From contig OZ024742.1 of assembly GCA_964016885.1 (NCBI GenBank), positions 219,356,001-219,420,000 on the forward strand: a stretch of 64,000 nucleotides of DNA. Reading direction: 5' to 3'. The notes below the pieces were generated by a model. That model made no database searches. It had not been told where the DNA came from and saw only the letters and a program-made list of their open reading frames with translations. The translations under genes and the position numbers were made by a program. Positions 1 to 12,452 of this stretch are shown in pieces. This stretch comes from Eledone cirrhosa. Lineage: Eukaryota. Numbering within the stretch: the first letter of the stretch is position 1; each line of letters starts with the position of its first letter.

Positions 1-410
1 TATATTTCCTAAGCTTTTTTTTTTCTTTAAAATGATTGACAAAATCCCAGACCTTATTCGCTTACCGAGTGGGGTAGAACTAGTCAAATCAAATCAAGGA
101 AACAATGTTTCCCTTGATGATACTATCTACTGGTTGCAATTCCTGGCAAAATGAGCTACGTGAAATATCTTATTCAAAGACACAATGCATCACCTGGTCT
201 GGGAATCAAATTCACAACCTCACAATTGCAAATCCAATTCTCTAACTACTAAGCCACGCACCTTCACATTTAGCTTACGCATTAGCTAACGGAGAGAAAT
301 ATACATTAAAATAGGTTTGTCACCCAATTTTCATCAAATATCATTTTCATAAAATTAACATACCAAAATGTTTCCTAAATGATCTGAGAACAATTTTACC
401 AATTTGATAA

Positions 411-563
411 TATAATTGTTTCTACTTTAGGCACAAGGCCAGCAATTACCCAGTATATTACTGGTACTTTATTTTATTGACCCCGTAAGGATGAAAGGCA
501 AAGTTAACCTTGGCAGGATTTGAACTCAGACCGTAAAGGGACGTAACTATGCTAGAAAGCATG
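411..563 (-). mobile_element. SINE family A (tRNA-derived, Meta-domain-like), truncated
   Basis: Matches the copies at 1953-2143 and 28368-28549. Confidence 0.8.
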
Positions 564-639
564 GCGATATTATATTACTGAAATAGTTCACACATCATAA
601 TTTGTTTTAATAGTTTCCAGAAGTTTCATGTTAATAATA

Positions 640-670
<31 letters not shown>

Positions 671-1119
671 TTAGTAGAGCACAAAGCAACAATTTTTACA
701 GAGGAAAGGTTTTGATTGGTAAATTATTAAGGTTTTGATTGGTAAATTATTATTGAATTTCAATATACTAACCCCCAGGAGTTAACTTTAAGTATGTAAA
801 AGGACAAAACTAAACTGCCAAGAGTAAGTAGTAGAACTTTAGTAGAATATAGTTCTAATACTGTAGTAGCCAATGAATGCACTTGGAGTTTATAACTTGA
901 TTGCTCATACATAATTAAATTTTAAAATCAACATGAACTTGCAAATTATACTACATACATTTTCTCCAAGGAATAAGGCTCATATTAGAAATATCATACA
1001 CTAAATAATACAACCAAGACAAATTACATTATAAATGGTAAATTATATGCTAATATGATATAACTATGAGAGAGTAAAAAGAAAAAAAAAAAATGAAATA
1101 TTGTGGTAGTCTTACTCAC

Positions 1120-1162
1120 TTGTCAACAGGTGAGGTGGAACCTGAACTGACACTTTCAGTCT
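1120..1162 (-). CDS. KIF21: KIF21 exon (E)TESVSSGSTSPVD
   Basis: 43 bp, phase 1-2, ttttcag / gtgagt. Confidence 0.75.
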
Positions 1163-1758
1163 CTGAAAACAAAGGTAAATTTGTTTTTAAAAGAAATGAA
1201 ATAAAACAGTAATGCTTTTTTTTCTTGATTGATATGTAACATTAACTTATATGAAAAAGTGGATCAGATGAGTGGAGAAATTGAATGGGTATTAAAAAGA
1301 TCACACCGTGTGAGTAGATGAGCTTACTGAGATAGTAAGGACATGTGAATAAATGAGGAGTACTCATTTAAATGTGCCATGTATTATCAATGTAAGAAAG
1401 GGCACCCCACTTTAGAAACTATGCCAAAAAGAGTTGAGATGACTTTAGTTAAGCCAAGGGCACAACACCCCCCCTGGTGTTGGTGATCTGCATGATAAAT
1501 ACACCTAGTACATTCTAAAGTGGTTGGTGATAGGAAGGACCTCCAGCCATAAAAAACTTACCAAACAAAGGGGTTGAGAAAGCTTTTCAACTTTGACAAG
1601 GACATTACAATTTCCTTAGTGTTAGTTCTATAAAATACACATGGTATAGTACAGAATCATATGTCAGGCCCCTGGCCCACTTGGTGTCAGAGGTTCTGCT
1701 TGAATACTGGCCATTCTGTAGCAACATGTCCATCCCTTGCTAGCAGAAAACATTTTAA

Positions 1759-2143
1759 ATAATTATTTCTACTTATAGCACAAGGCCAGCAATTACCAGT
1801 GATGTACATTACTGGTACTTTATTTTATCGACCCCGTAAGGATGAAAGGCAAAGTTAACCTCAGAGGGATTTGAACTCAGTCCGTAAAGGGACGTAACTA
1901 TGCTGTAAAGCATGGCTTCCGACCCTCTACTGATACTGCCAATCCACATTTTAAATAATTGTTTCTACGTTTGGCTCAAGACCAGCAATTACCCAGTGCA
2001 TTACTGGTACTTTATTTTATCGACCCCGTAAGGATGAAAGGCAAAGTCAACCTCGGCGAGATTTGAACTCAGATTGTAAAGGGACGTAACTATGCTGGAA
2101 AGCATGGCGTCCGACCCTCTACTGATACTGCCAATCCACCGCC
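1759..2143 (-). mobile_element. Two tandem copies of SINE family A
   Basis: A-box TGGCAGTATCAG, B-box GAGTTCAAATC and central GCCTTTCATCCTTACGGGGTCGATAAAATAAAGTACCAG, which resembles the MetaSINE domain (from memory). Confidence 0.85.
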
Positions 2144-2183
2144 TTAAATTCACCTTAAACAATGATATCCCAACATAACTTAC

Positions 2184-2340
2184 CAACGTCATTTTGTACA
2201 AATTCTTCCATGTCAATATCTATTCTATCAGCCATCATATGCTTCAATATATCTTGCTGTAAGTTGTTATTCACCATACATTGATGAAGTTTAGCTTGAA
2301 GCTCTTTTAATTCTGTCTCTTTATTAGCACACAAAGTTCC
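2184..2340 (-). CDS. KIF21: KIF21 exon GTLCANKETELKELQAKLHQ...EEFVQNDV
   Basis: 157 bp, phase 0-1, tttcag / gtaagt. Confidence 0.88.
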
Positions 2341-4539
2341 CTGAAACAGAAAAATAAAAATAAAATTAAATTAGGTATCAATATGAATTTTTGAAAATAT
2401 TCAAATTTAACTTACTGTATTTTTTCTTGGAGAGCATCCAAAAAGAAACATTTTGATACCTCATTTGTGAAATTTGGATGAATATTTTAGGGAGTATGAC
2501 AATTAGGCCTAAATGAATAATTAACCATATTTGTGTTGTCATATCTTTGAAACTGAGGTGATAATCATCTTCAAATTACACAAGTTAATAGTGTCTAAGG
2601 GATAGCAGTTGCCTATTTTTTTCAGATCAAAATCTGACACATATGCCAGGTTGTGAAGTTAACCATAAAAGTTAACCAAAGTGTTACTAAATCCTGTTAC
2701 AAAGTGTTAGTGATATTTATGAATAAAATTATTCAATTTTATTTAATTATTAATGAAACTTTCTGAGAATTGCATGTAGACCTAGGTTAAAAAACAAACA
2801 AAATGTGAAAACTAATGCTAGAGAGAGAGAGAGAGTAAACAACATTCTCAATACAACTGTTCCATGCTAATTTGGGGCTTATGTAGCTCAATCTAGTGCA
2901 TTTTTTCGTAGAAATATATGTTTATTAATTTATGCATTTCTTGAAATTCTAGCTTAAACTCAATATTTGAAGCCTTGGATTTGAGTTCCATTTCAGCTCT
3001 CTCCATCCAAGAATATGCTATTTTGACAAATAGTGTCAATATGCATTATGAACGTCCATGGTATATCCCTTTGGCCAAACTCAGCAATGGCCAGATTGAA
3101 TTTGCAAGAAATTTCTTTCTTATGGTATAAAAATCTTGAAGAAAATAGGTTCTTTTCTAAGTGAAAATTAACAATAAAATTTTCACTTGTATATTTTATA
3201 ACAATTATCTGATCTACCCTCACTGAATTTTATAACAAAATAAAGCAAAAAGAATGTCCTCTTCATGACTATCATTTTCAACAAATCAAGTTATAGTGCT
3301 CGAGCACATTGAACTAGAATTAACATTACTATTCAGCAGTCAAAAACAAAAAGCAGGACAAACGTAAATGGGTGGACATATTAGGGTCATTGAAGAGGGG
3401 TCTCACCTGATATGTAAATGTAGGATTTGGATCAAAAGTATACGAGAAGAAAGTTAACATCCAGAACTTTCAAATGATATATAATTGTCCACAGAAAAAT
3501 ATTTTACAAGAAAATAATCAAGCAAAAATTGGACTTTGGTGGTCAAACTGTGCTTGTTGCCCCTTTTCAGAGTTCTATTGTGATACCTAATCAAATATCC
3601 ACACAAAACAACAAATGTTTGAACCATAAAACCAAAACAAACACACATCAAAATGCAGATACACACCAAAACAACAATATCAATCTATGCTAAGTTGCAG
3701 CCTGAACAATTTTAATGTAATCACAGCTACTCTGAAATGACTGAATTAAACTTATTTCATATGCTAAAATTCCTTAATTAATCATAATGAAGAGGAGCAG
3801 ATTACTCATATAGAAGCTCTATTGGAGATTCATGTCTCAACTTATTTATATCAGTCTAAGAGACAGAATGGCACTTATGTCAATCTTAAAAACTAATCCT
3901 TATCAACATTTTAAATTTCCTCCTTATGTGTTAGAACAGCTCTAAGACATCTTTTCACATATAATTTTCAGATGGCAAAGCTTTCTCTAGTTAAAATAAA
4001 AAGTACTTTACTTTTTAGCAAAATACTTCACTTGCAGCAATTTCACACCATCATGCCACCTGTGGTCCCATACACTGGCAAAAACAATACCATTAAATTG
4101 AACCATGTCTTTGGCTTGGTTTCTATGACTGGAAGTCCTTCCTAACACCAACCACTTTACAGAGTGTACTGAATGTGTTATATCATGGCACCAGTACTTA
4201 TAAAATAAAGTACCAGTCCAAGAAGATGAGTTAGTGGAATTGGTAGAATGTTTAGCGAGTGCTTTGTGATATTGTTCTGGCTCGGTGTTTACAGTTCAAA
4301 TCCAGTTGCAGCAGCCTTCTTTAGTGATTGAGAATCCATTGCCTTATTAAACACCAGTACCTGGCCCTTAAGTGCATTCAACAGAGTCCACTTTATTGTA
4401 AGAATTTGAATCACCTCTTCAGTTTGAGGATATTTTCCTCCCTCCTTTCCTTCCACCAGTATTGGTGGTTCTGAGAAGAGTTATTGGCACTGCCCTTTTT
4501 CTTCTGACTAAACAAAACAAAAAGAATGGCTAATGTTAC

Positions 4540-4641
4540 CTTTGATAATACAGATTCCATTAGATGTCTAAAAAGATATTGATTCTCCAGGACATTGCTT
4601 TTGCTGAATATAGCTTGTAGTTTCTCCAAATCATCATTGTT
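4540..4641 (-). CDS. KIF21: KIF21 exon NNDDLEKLQAIFSKSNVLENQYLFRHLMESVLSK
   Basis: 102 bp, phase 0-0, tttttag / gtaaca. Confidence 0.86.
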
Positions 4642-5020
4642 CTAAAAATATAAGAAAGCATTTTATAAAATATATTGTTTTGTTATCACATACCAAACAG
4701 CATTTATATAAGTCATTTATAACACCTCTTATTTCTAATGTTTGCCAACTGGATGGTGGTTTTAGTAAAAAATATGAACTACTTTCTAAAATAGTGCCAC
4801 CTATAATTAAACAGTAATTAAAATACAACATATATTTTTCTAAACCTAAAAATATTTATATATAGTGTATCAAAGTAGTTTCTTTACATCTACAAAATAT
4901 TCAAACTGCTAAGAAGTACTTGAGCCATATGATTCTTTTTACCAAAATTTATCAATGTCTAAAGAAAATTATGAAAAGAACAAAACAAAAAAGTTAGAAA
5001 AATAAGAAAAAAAAAATCAC

Positions 5021-5140
5021 TTTATTTTCTTCAAGTTGCATGATTTGTTCCTGTATCTCTGTGATGTGCTCCTGGCATAACTGAAGTTGCCCTTCCAAGC
5101 TCTCAATTACATCTAAACATTCATCAATTACATCTTGGGC
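5021..5140 (-). CDS. KIF21: KIF21 exon AQDVIDECLDVIESLEGQLQLCQEHITEIQEQIMQLEENK
   Basis: 120 bp, phase 0-0, ttctag / gtgatt; IMQ.EE.K motif of the regulatory coiled coil. Confidence 0.88.
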
Positions 5141-5253
5141 CTAGAATAAGAAGTAATATAAACATTTTAATAAACAAATTACATAAACTACAGATACAGT
5201 TTAAAATAATAGATTGGAACAAACATCAAATGATATTGTAATACTGTTCTTAC

Positions 5254-5325
5254 TTGTTCAGTTTCTATAAGAGTTTCTTTCTTCTTTGTGTACTTTTCTA
5301 AATTCTGGCCTAATTTCCTCCGTTC
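5254..5325 (-). CDS. KIF21: KIF21 exon ERRKLGQNLEKYTKKKETLIETEQ
   Basis: 72 bp, phase 0-0, cttctaag / gtaaga. Confidence 0.8.
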
Positions 5326-6482
5326 CTTAGAAGTATCAAAGAGAAGATACAAGACTGATGATTTGGAAATTTATTTTACAAAATTTGTTTTAAAATTTTA
5401 CATGGTAATTGACAATAATGGAGTTAGAATGATGATCATAACTGTAGACAGAAACAATATGTCAATGTGGATTCAGCACTGACATATTGAAATATCCATG
5501 CTGCATATCTTGGCCAAATACTGTGTCCAGTGGAGCCCATCCCTCTATTGGATCGACTAAAACCATCCTCCAAGAAGAGTTCAGTGGAAAAAGACTAGCA
5601 AAAATATCCAAAGAAGAAAAGGACATAACATGAAGCAATGAACCAGTAAAGACTTTGCAACAACCCACAGCAGATATAGATGGAGGAAGGTGGTACATTG
5701 CTCCACTCTGCTGTACTTCCACAACCCTGGGAAGATCAATGGTGTAGTGAAGTGTAATTGAAATATAGTATAAGATGGGACCTTGAAAAAGACCAGTCTT
5801 ATCTGGTCTCAACAACACAGTTGTATCATGCCATAAACTCTCACTAGACGAAGAGTCTTCACAAGACAAAAGAAATAACAGTTTGTGAGCTGAATATTGC
5901 TGAATATCTATGTACCACTGTAAAAAGCAAGAATACATGAGGGTGGTAAAAGGTCTGAATTCTAATTAACAGCTGATAAATGAGGTTTAACAACACAAGT
6001 TGTATGGTAATTCCATTACAAGTTTTCAGATTATTAACCCCATCTTTAAAAATGAAATTTTTTTCTTAATTTACATCTATACTACACCTGTTGACTTTGT
6101 CGATCAAATTGATAGATACATAGTGTAGGTGTTGATATATAAAAAAAAAATGTTTCTAAATATGAAGTTAATAGTCTAAAGAATTGTAATATTTATTACC
6201 AGTGGCTCATCTCAAATATTTAGCTATTTAACCAATGATATATGTTTTGTCAGGTTACATGTCTGTTGCTAAAACTAAAATATATTTTTAAAGTAACATT
6301 GTATATTAAAGTAACATTTCAGATTATAAGCATTGTAAACTTAATGTTTATAATCTGCTGTAAAAAAAACTGGAGATGCATTATTTTTTAATATAAACAA
6401 AACAAGTTCTAAGTATTCCATCTATCTTTAAGAAATAAATAGAGGAAGAGTGATTTTAAAATTAACTAAATTCAATACTTAC

Positions 6483-6551
6483 TTTTAACCATGTTTCCAT
6501 GTCTTTTTCTATTAAACTTAGAGTTTGTCGTTTGTTGATAATTTCATCTAC
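6483..6551 (-). CDS. KIF21: KIF21 exon VDEIINKRQTLSLIEKDMETWLK
   Basis: 69 bp, phase 0-0, ttttag / gtaagt. Confidence 0.88.
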
Positions 6552-7102
6552 CTAAAATTTACAAAGATCATGAAATATATAAATTTGCCAAGTACTTCTA
6601 TTGATGGTTGTTTTTGTTTCCCTTTTTTTTTCTCTCACTTTGATCATGTGTTGTATTTGTAATGTTCATAGTTAATTGTATTTATTATGTGTGTTTATAT
6701 TTTCATTCTGAAAGAATTGTGAACAATTTGTAATGTTATTTATACAAGTCCACACTGTAAATGAGGTTGGTGTTAGGAAGGGCATCAAGCCATAGAAAAC
6801 CTGCCAGAAACAGTTCTGTATGAGTGAGACATGGTCTCCCGACCAATCTTGCCTGAAGTGGGACAAAACCGTCCAACCCATGCAAGCGTGGAAGATAGAC
6901 ATTAAACAATGATGATGACAACCGAATAAAATTATTCCCTCTGCAGACTAAAGAAAAACATGTTTTTACTTTAGGCCCATGGCCTAATAATAATATTGCA
7001 ATTCTCATATTTCAAGTCCTGATAAATTTATCAATATAATTAGACAATCTCATGATAGCTTGTATACTCGATGTTGAATCTTCATCAGAACTTCCTTTTG
7101 GC

Positions 7103-7200
7103 AATAATTGTTTCTACTTTAGGCACAAGGCCAGCAATTACCTAGTGCATGACTGGTACTTTATTTTATCAACCCCGTAAGGATGAAAGGCAAAGTCAAC
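7103..7200 (-). mobile_element. SINE family A 3' fragment
   Basis: Same central and tail sequence as 1953-2143. Confidence 0.75.
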
Positions 7201-8004
7201 AATGTAATCAGGAGTGCGAACTAGTACTAACACTGTTAAGCATGATGTTTTCAGCAATGCTCACAATTGGGATAGGTTTTTCCAGGTGTTCACATCAACT
7301 AGAGAAAGGATGATTGGAAACAGTCGCTAAAAAGCAAGACACTAATATTCATAACCTTCTCTTTGCAGGGGGGGGGGTGTACACTGAATGTCAGTACTGC
7401 CAATGAGATGCAACAAAGCATTAACAGGTTCTCTATGACATGTGACAACTCTTGTGTACTATTAGTACACACAAAAAAAAAAAAATGAAATGATGTATCA
7501 ACTCCTACCAAGCCAAAAATATTGTCTAAAGACAACTGTTTATTGGCAGTTAAGAGGTTCACCTACATTGAAGGTCTTCTCTCAAAACATATCCACATTG
7601 ATGATCACATTTAATATCTTCTGGAAGACTATGTTACACAGTTACAATTACTGATAGATGAATAACATACTGCCATATGAGAATTATTGTACGATGGTAT
7701 AGAAATATATCACAATATTGCAAATTCAATTTAACTTATTAAATTAACTATTGTCTCCACAAAACCTCTGAAATTATTTTATGAAGAAAATAAATGAGAA
7801 GAATTTTCATTAAGGATAAATATCTAGATGTTAAACAGATAGCTAAGCAATGTTCCTTTAAATAGTAATAAAATTCTAATGAGAGACAAATCTGTGATAT
7901 CCAACAAATTGCAAGGGAAATATGAGTCAGTTAAAGACAAATTCTTAGATAATATTAAAGCTATCATCATTACATTTTCAAGCATTATAACAAGCATTAC
8001 TTAC

Positions 8005-8102
8005 CTTTTTCTGGATTATATCCCACTTTCGTTTAGCAAGTCTATCAGATCTGCTGCTTATCTTATTTTGACGTTCATATTGTGGCATAGGAATGTGATT
8101 TG
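8005..8102 (-). CDS. KIF21: KIF21 exon (S)NHIPMPQYERQ...LAKRKWDIIQKK
   Basis: 98 bp, phase 1-0, ttacag / gtaagt; AK.KW motif. Confidence 0.87.
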
Positions 8103-8154
8103 CTGTAAATAGAGAATTATATGATACATGTTATACAGTGTAATAGTAATATAC

Positions 8155-8835
8155 GTGAACGGCAAAGCATAAACGAACTAAGGAAAAAAATTAGAAATAA
8201 GAGGGATCAGATGTTTACTCGAGAGAAGGCTACGTTGGTATGGTCACGTGATGCGCATGAAAGACGATAGCTGTATAACAAAGTGCAGGGCAATAAAGAT
8301 AGACGGTAGACACGGAATAGGCAGACCCAGAAAAACCTGGGACGAGCTGATAAATTCTGACCTCACACACTTACACCTCTCCAAGACAATGTCACTGGAC
8401 CGAGACCTTTGGCGGTACTCAGTAATAGAGAAGACCCGCCTTACCTAAATACAAAGTAAAAACCTACTACAGTCAGTAGGCATCTCTAACAAAATATACC
8501 CCCGTCCCACCACCCCCGCCTCATCCACACCGCCCCTTTCAATGTAAAGTTATGTTGGTGTCACAACATCCAGGCCGAAACAAATGAGATCGTGTAGGTG
8601 TCACGACAAAAAAACACACAGTCCACACTGTAAATGTGGCCATGTAAGCAACGCGGTAAAAACCTCCCAGCCCCACACTGTAAATGTGGTTGGTGTTAGG
8701 AAGGGCATCCAGCTGTAGAAAACCCGCCAGACAGTCCTATGCGAGCAAGACAATCACTCTTGCCTCAAGTGGGAAAACCCCTGTCCAAACCCATGCAAGC
8801 GTGGAACACGGACGTTAAACGATGATGATGATGAT
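8155..8835 (+). mobile_element. RTE-clade LINE 3' fragment
   Basis: Encodes WYGHVMRMKDD...GRPRKTW; near-identical to 32547-33200; (GAT)n tail. Confidence 0.9.
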
Positions 8836-8927
8836 GTTATTGCCAATAATACCATAGCAATTTTAATTCTCTTTAGGTGAGCGAGCGAGCGAGTGCGTGC
8901 GTATATATATATATATATATATATAAA

Positions 8928-9305
8928 GGCACATGGCTTAGTGGTTAGAGCATTGGGCTTGCAATCGAAAGGTTGTGAGTTCAATTGTTAGACCGGGTGA
9001 TGTGTTGTTTCCTTGAGCAAGACACTTTATTTCACATTGCTCCAGTTTACTCAGCTGTAGAAATGAGATGATAGGACTGGGGTCCCTATCATTTCACTTC
9101 AAAGTGGTCGTGTAGGTGCCACGGCAAAAAAGCACCCAGCCCACACTGAAGTGGACATGTAGGCGCCACAGAAAAAAAGCACCCAGCACTCACTGTAAAT
9201 GAGGTTGGTGTTAGGAAGGGCATCCAGCTGTAGAAATCAAGCCAGAATCAGTTCCCGTCCCACCCTTGCAAGCAGGGAAAAGCAGACGTATGATGATGAT
9301 GATGA
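8928..9305 (+). mobile_element. SINE family B (tRNA head, RTE-derived 3' tail)
   Basis: A-box TGGCTTAGTGG, B-box GAGTTCAATT, tail GGTTGGTGTTAGGAAGGGCATCCAGCTGTAGAAA...(GAT)n shared with the RTE 3' UTR. Confidence 0.85.
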
Positions 9306-9371
9306 TCCATATAGTTGCTTTCTACTCGTGCGATATATATCATTATTAGTAGTATTATATATATATATATA

Positions 9372-10610
9372 CACGAGGTGGTATCAAAAAGTTCCTGGAA
9401 TAGTTATGTAATATAGTTACCTAAGTTTAAACAATCTTTAAAATAGTTACATTGCAAGCAATACACTGGTCCCAGCATTCTTGTCACTTTTGGAATCTCA
9501 ACTGGAAGTCATTTTCCGTAAGCGAGATACAGATCTCCTGCGATTTGTTTTGGATCTCAACAATGGTATTAAAACAGTGACCTTTCAGCTGCATTTTCAG
9601 CTTGTAGAAGAGATGGAAGTCAACAGTTGCTAACTCTGGCAAATAGGGTGGGCCCAGAAGTGATACAATGTTGTTTTTGGCAAAAAACTCACAAGTGAGG
9701 AGAGCTCAGTGACAGAGTACCTTGTCGTGAAGAATCCAATTTTTAGGCTCCACAGATCCGGATGCTTTCACCAAATGTCCTCCCTCAAATGCCTCAAAAT
9801 GTTGCAGCAGAACTCTTGATTGACAGTCTGGGCCTGGGGGACAAATTCTTGATGCACAATATTGCGGATGTCAAAAAAAACAAAACGATGAGCATGCTCT
9901 TGATTGAGCTGCAGATTGGTTGTGTCTTCTTCGGTTGTGGAGATGAAGGGCTTTTCCACTGTGTCAACTGCTGCTTTGTCTCAGGCTCGTACCCTTAGAC
10001 CCAACTCTCATTAGCAGAGATGATCCTCAACATGAAGGACTGGTCATCAGTAGCATGCTGACGGAGATCTTGTCAGACTTCTACGCGATGTTCTTTCTGT
10101 TCAGGAACATGTATGCTCAATTCAGACATTAGAATTGCCTGCACGGACCCATATGACAGACCAACAACATCAGCTATATTGTTGATTGTCCTCAAACAAT
10201 CTTCATACACAAAGCTGACTCCACATTTCTGGTGGGTGGCACTCATGGCAGGTCTTCATATCGCTCATCTTTGATGGATTATCTTCCACTTTTGAAGCAT
10301 TATGCCACTCGAAACATTGCACACGACTTATTGCCTCATCACCATAAGCTTGCCGAAGCATGCACAATGTCTCTGCAGCAGACTTCCGAAGTTGAATGCA
10401 AAATTTCACATTGGCTCTTTGTTCCAACTTCCTGTTCATGACAAAATCACAGGCTACAGCATATATGTGATCACAAAAGCACAAATTTCACAACTTGTGA
10501 AGTGAACACAGCAATGTCACTTGGCATACTTGGTCACTGCTAGCTGTCACTGAGCGCGCAACCATGTGTTGCCACGCTACAGAACTAGTCCGGTAATTTT
10601 TTGATACCAC

Positions 10611-10615
<5 letters not shown>
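9372..10615 (-). mobile_element. Degenerate mariner DNA transposon
   Basis: TIRs GAGGTGGTATCAAAAA / TTTTTGATACCACCTC in (TA)n flanks; broken transposase fragments EQRANVKFC...AETLCMLRQAYGDEAISRVQCFEW and FFDIRNIVHQEFVP..QTVN. Confidence 0.88.
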
Positions 10616-10642
<27 letters not shown>

Positions 10643-10959
10643 CTGGTATCTACCTGTTTGTAGTGAGGCTGTTAACACTGTTAGAACTCAATGCAGTTAT
10701 GAAGAAATGGTTTCAATGAGATTAGGCAGTAAGTGCCATAGTTTATATAGTAGGCTCTCATTGGATAAGGTTCATTCAAAGATTCTACTCAAGCTACTGA
10801 ATCATATGTGTGTATTGAACAATGAAAATAAAACAAGTCAATGATAGGTTCTTAATTAGTTCATTGTTTTACAATTGTTTCAGAGGGTTGACTTATGGTA
10901 GATTGATATACTGACTAGCAGATAGTGGTTATGTTACTACCTATTTCTAGTATTAAAAT

Positions 10960-11200
10960 CCCTGAGCCATGACAGCCTTCCTCAGAAACAATTGCATTGA
11001 ATTTTGGGAGTTCCCTGTCTATGACAGCAGTTTTGCAGGGAGCATCAATTCGTTGCAGATCAGCAGACAGACCAGGACACATTATTCTGATGTTCCAACT
11101 TGCAAAATGAAGTGCTGGTGTTTTGCTTTTTCTTGAGCTTCTTGAGTTTGTTGGTGCAGAATTTGTGGCCTGCCATTTCAGATGGTTCTGAGCTCCATGC
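10960..11200 (-). mobile_element. RTE LINE endonuclease N-terminal fragment
   Basis: LHFASWNIRIMCPGL...KTAVIDREL resembles the start of an RTE APE domain. Confidence 0.6.
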
Positions 11201-11560
11201 ATCCAGTGAAACATGCAGCAGGTCTCCATCCCCCCTCCACATGACCACTGAGGTCCAAAGGAAAGGTAGAAATCAATGCAGTTAGGCAACAGCAGTGCCA
11301 GAGTGAAGTTCAGCATCAGACCAACTTAATGATTCCAGCTCCGGATTTATCCTTGAGGTTTACTTCTGAAACCTTTCCCATAAATGGGTATAGCCACCAG
11401 AAAAAAGAAAAAAGTTGCCAACCACTCCTTTTTCTTCACACACACACAAGCATAATCTTCCTGTACACTTGAATCTTTGGGGATTGTCACAAATCACTCT
11501 ATATGATGATGATGGTGATGATGATGATGATGAGCACAAAAAATATGCTATGAAACTTAC

Positions 11561-11648
11561 AAGAATGTGCTGGATATGTATTGTATCGACCGATTCTACC
11601 AGCTGCTCGGTCAGACATTGGTCTTTGTCTTTTCCGTAGTGCCTCCAC
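11561..11648 (-). CDS. KIF21: KIF21 exon VEALRKRQRPMSDRAAGRIGRYNTYPAHS
   Basis: 88 bp, phase 0-1, tttttaatag / gtaagt. Confidence 0.9.
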
Positions 11649-12275
11649 CTATTAAAAAAGAAAATATAAATATAAAAAAAAGGAATGGAGTTTTTGAAGC
11701 AAATAAGATCAAGCATACAGAAATTAAAACTGTAGCGAGGAAAGTACTTCAAATGGGTGAGAAACATTGAAATCAAAACTCAATGCAAGAAACAATATTT
11801 GCTTTGAATTCAAGTGCTGTGTCTGTGATTAAGTGTGAAACAGGCATCATATTTTGGAAGAAAGATGAACTGGAAGTCAACGAAGCTAGTAACTATGTAT
11901 TGAGTGTTTAATCATACTGGGGATGTTGAGAGGCTCATTGGAAAGTATTCATGTAAAAGAAGGATTTAGCACCTTGCAAAAAGCTTGTTTGTTGGGAACA
12001 GAGAGGGTTCTGAGATGTTGCTGAAAACCTGAAATCAAGGGATTTAAATTGGTATTTTGATGATTTTTTTCCAGTTTTGCTATTTGAGCACCAAGAAAAC
12101 TCCAAATAATAATAATAATAAAATAGCAATAACAATAATAAAATCTTAAAACAATATATGTTGTAATTTTTCTTCTCAATTATTCTTAAGCTAAGGGTAT
12201 CATCGTAACAAAACATGGAGCAATTAATGACAAAATATGCTTTTTGAAGAAATAAAAACTGATCCTTGCACATAC

Positions 12276-12452
12276 CTCTTCTTGTTTCCTCTTCAGAACA
12301 ATTTCTTTTTGGTGTTTTTCAGTTTCTAAAGATTTTATCCTTTGTTCCTTCTTTAGATGAGCCTTTCGAAGTTGAGTGATTTCTTTGTGCTTCTTGGCAT
12401 CATTTAACTTATTCTTTTCAGATTCCTCTTTAATTTGTTTCATTAACCTTAC
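12276..12452 (-). CDS. KIF21: KIF21 exon VRLMKQIKEESEK...VLKRKQEE
   Basis: 177 bp, phase 0-0, aatag / gtatgt. Confidence 0.92.

Noticed and set aside
4415-4503. Separate KIF21 exon after a ~36 nt intron
   Set aside because: The intron would be implausibly short, the phase would break, and exon 4540-4641 joins 2184-2340 cleanly.
5462-5938. 158 aa minus-strand ORF
   Set aside because: No recognisable domain or splice context; probably an old repeat remnant.
8928-9000. tRNA gene
   Set aside because: A and B boxes belong to a SINE head and run into SINE body; same for other copies.
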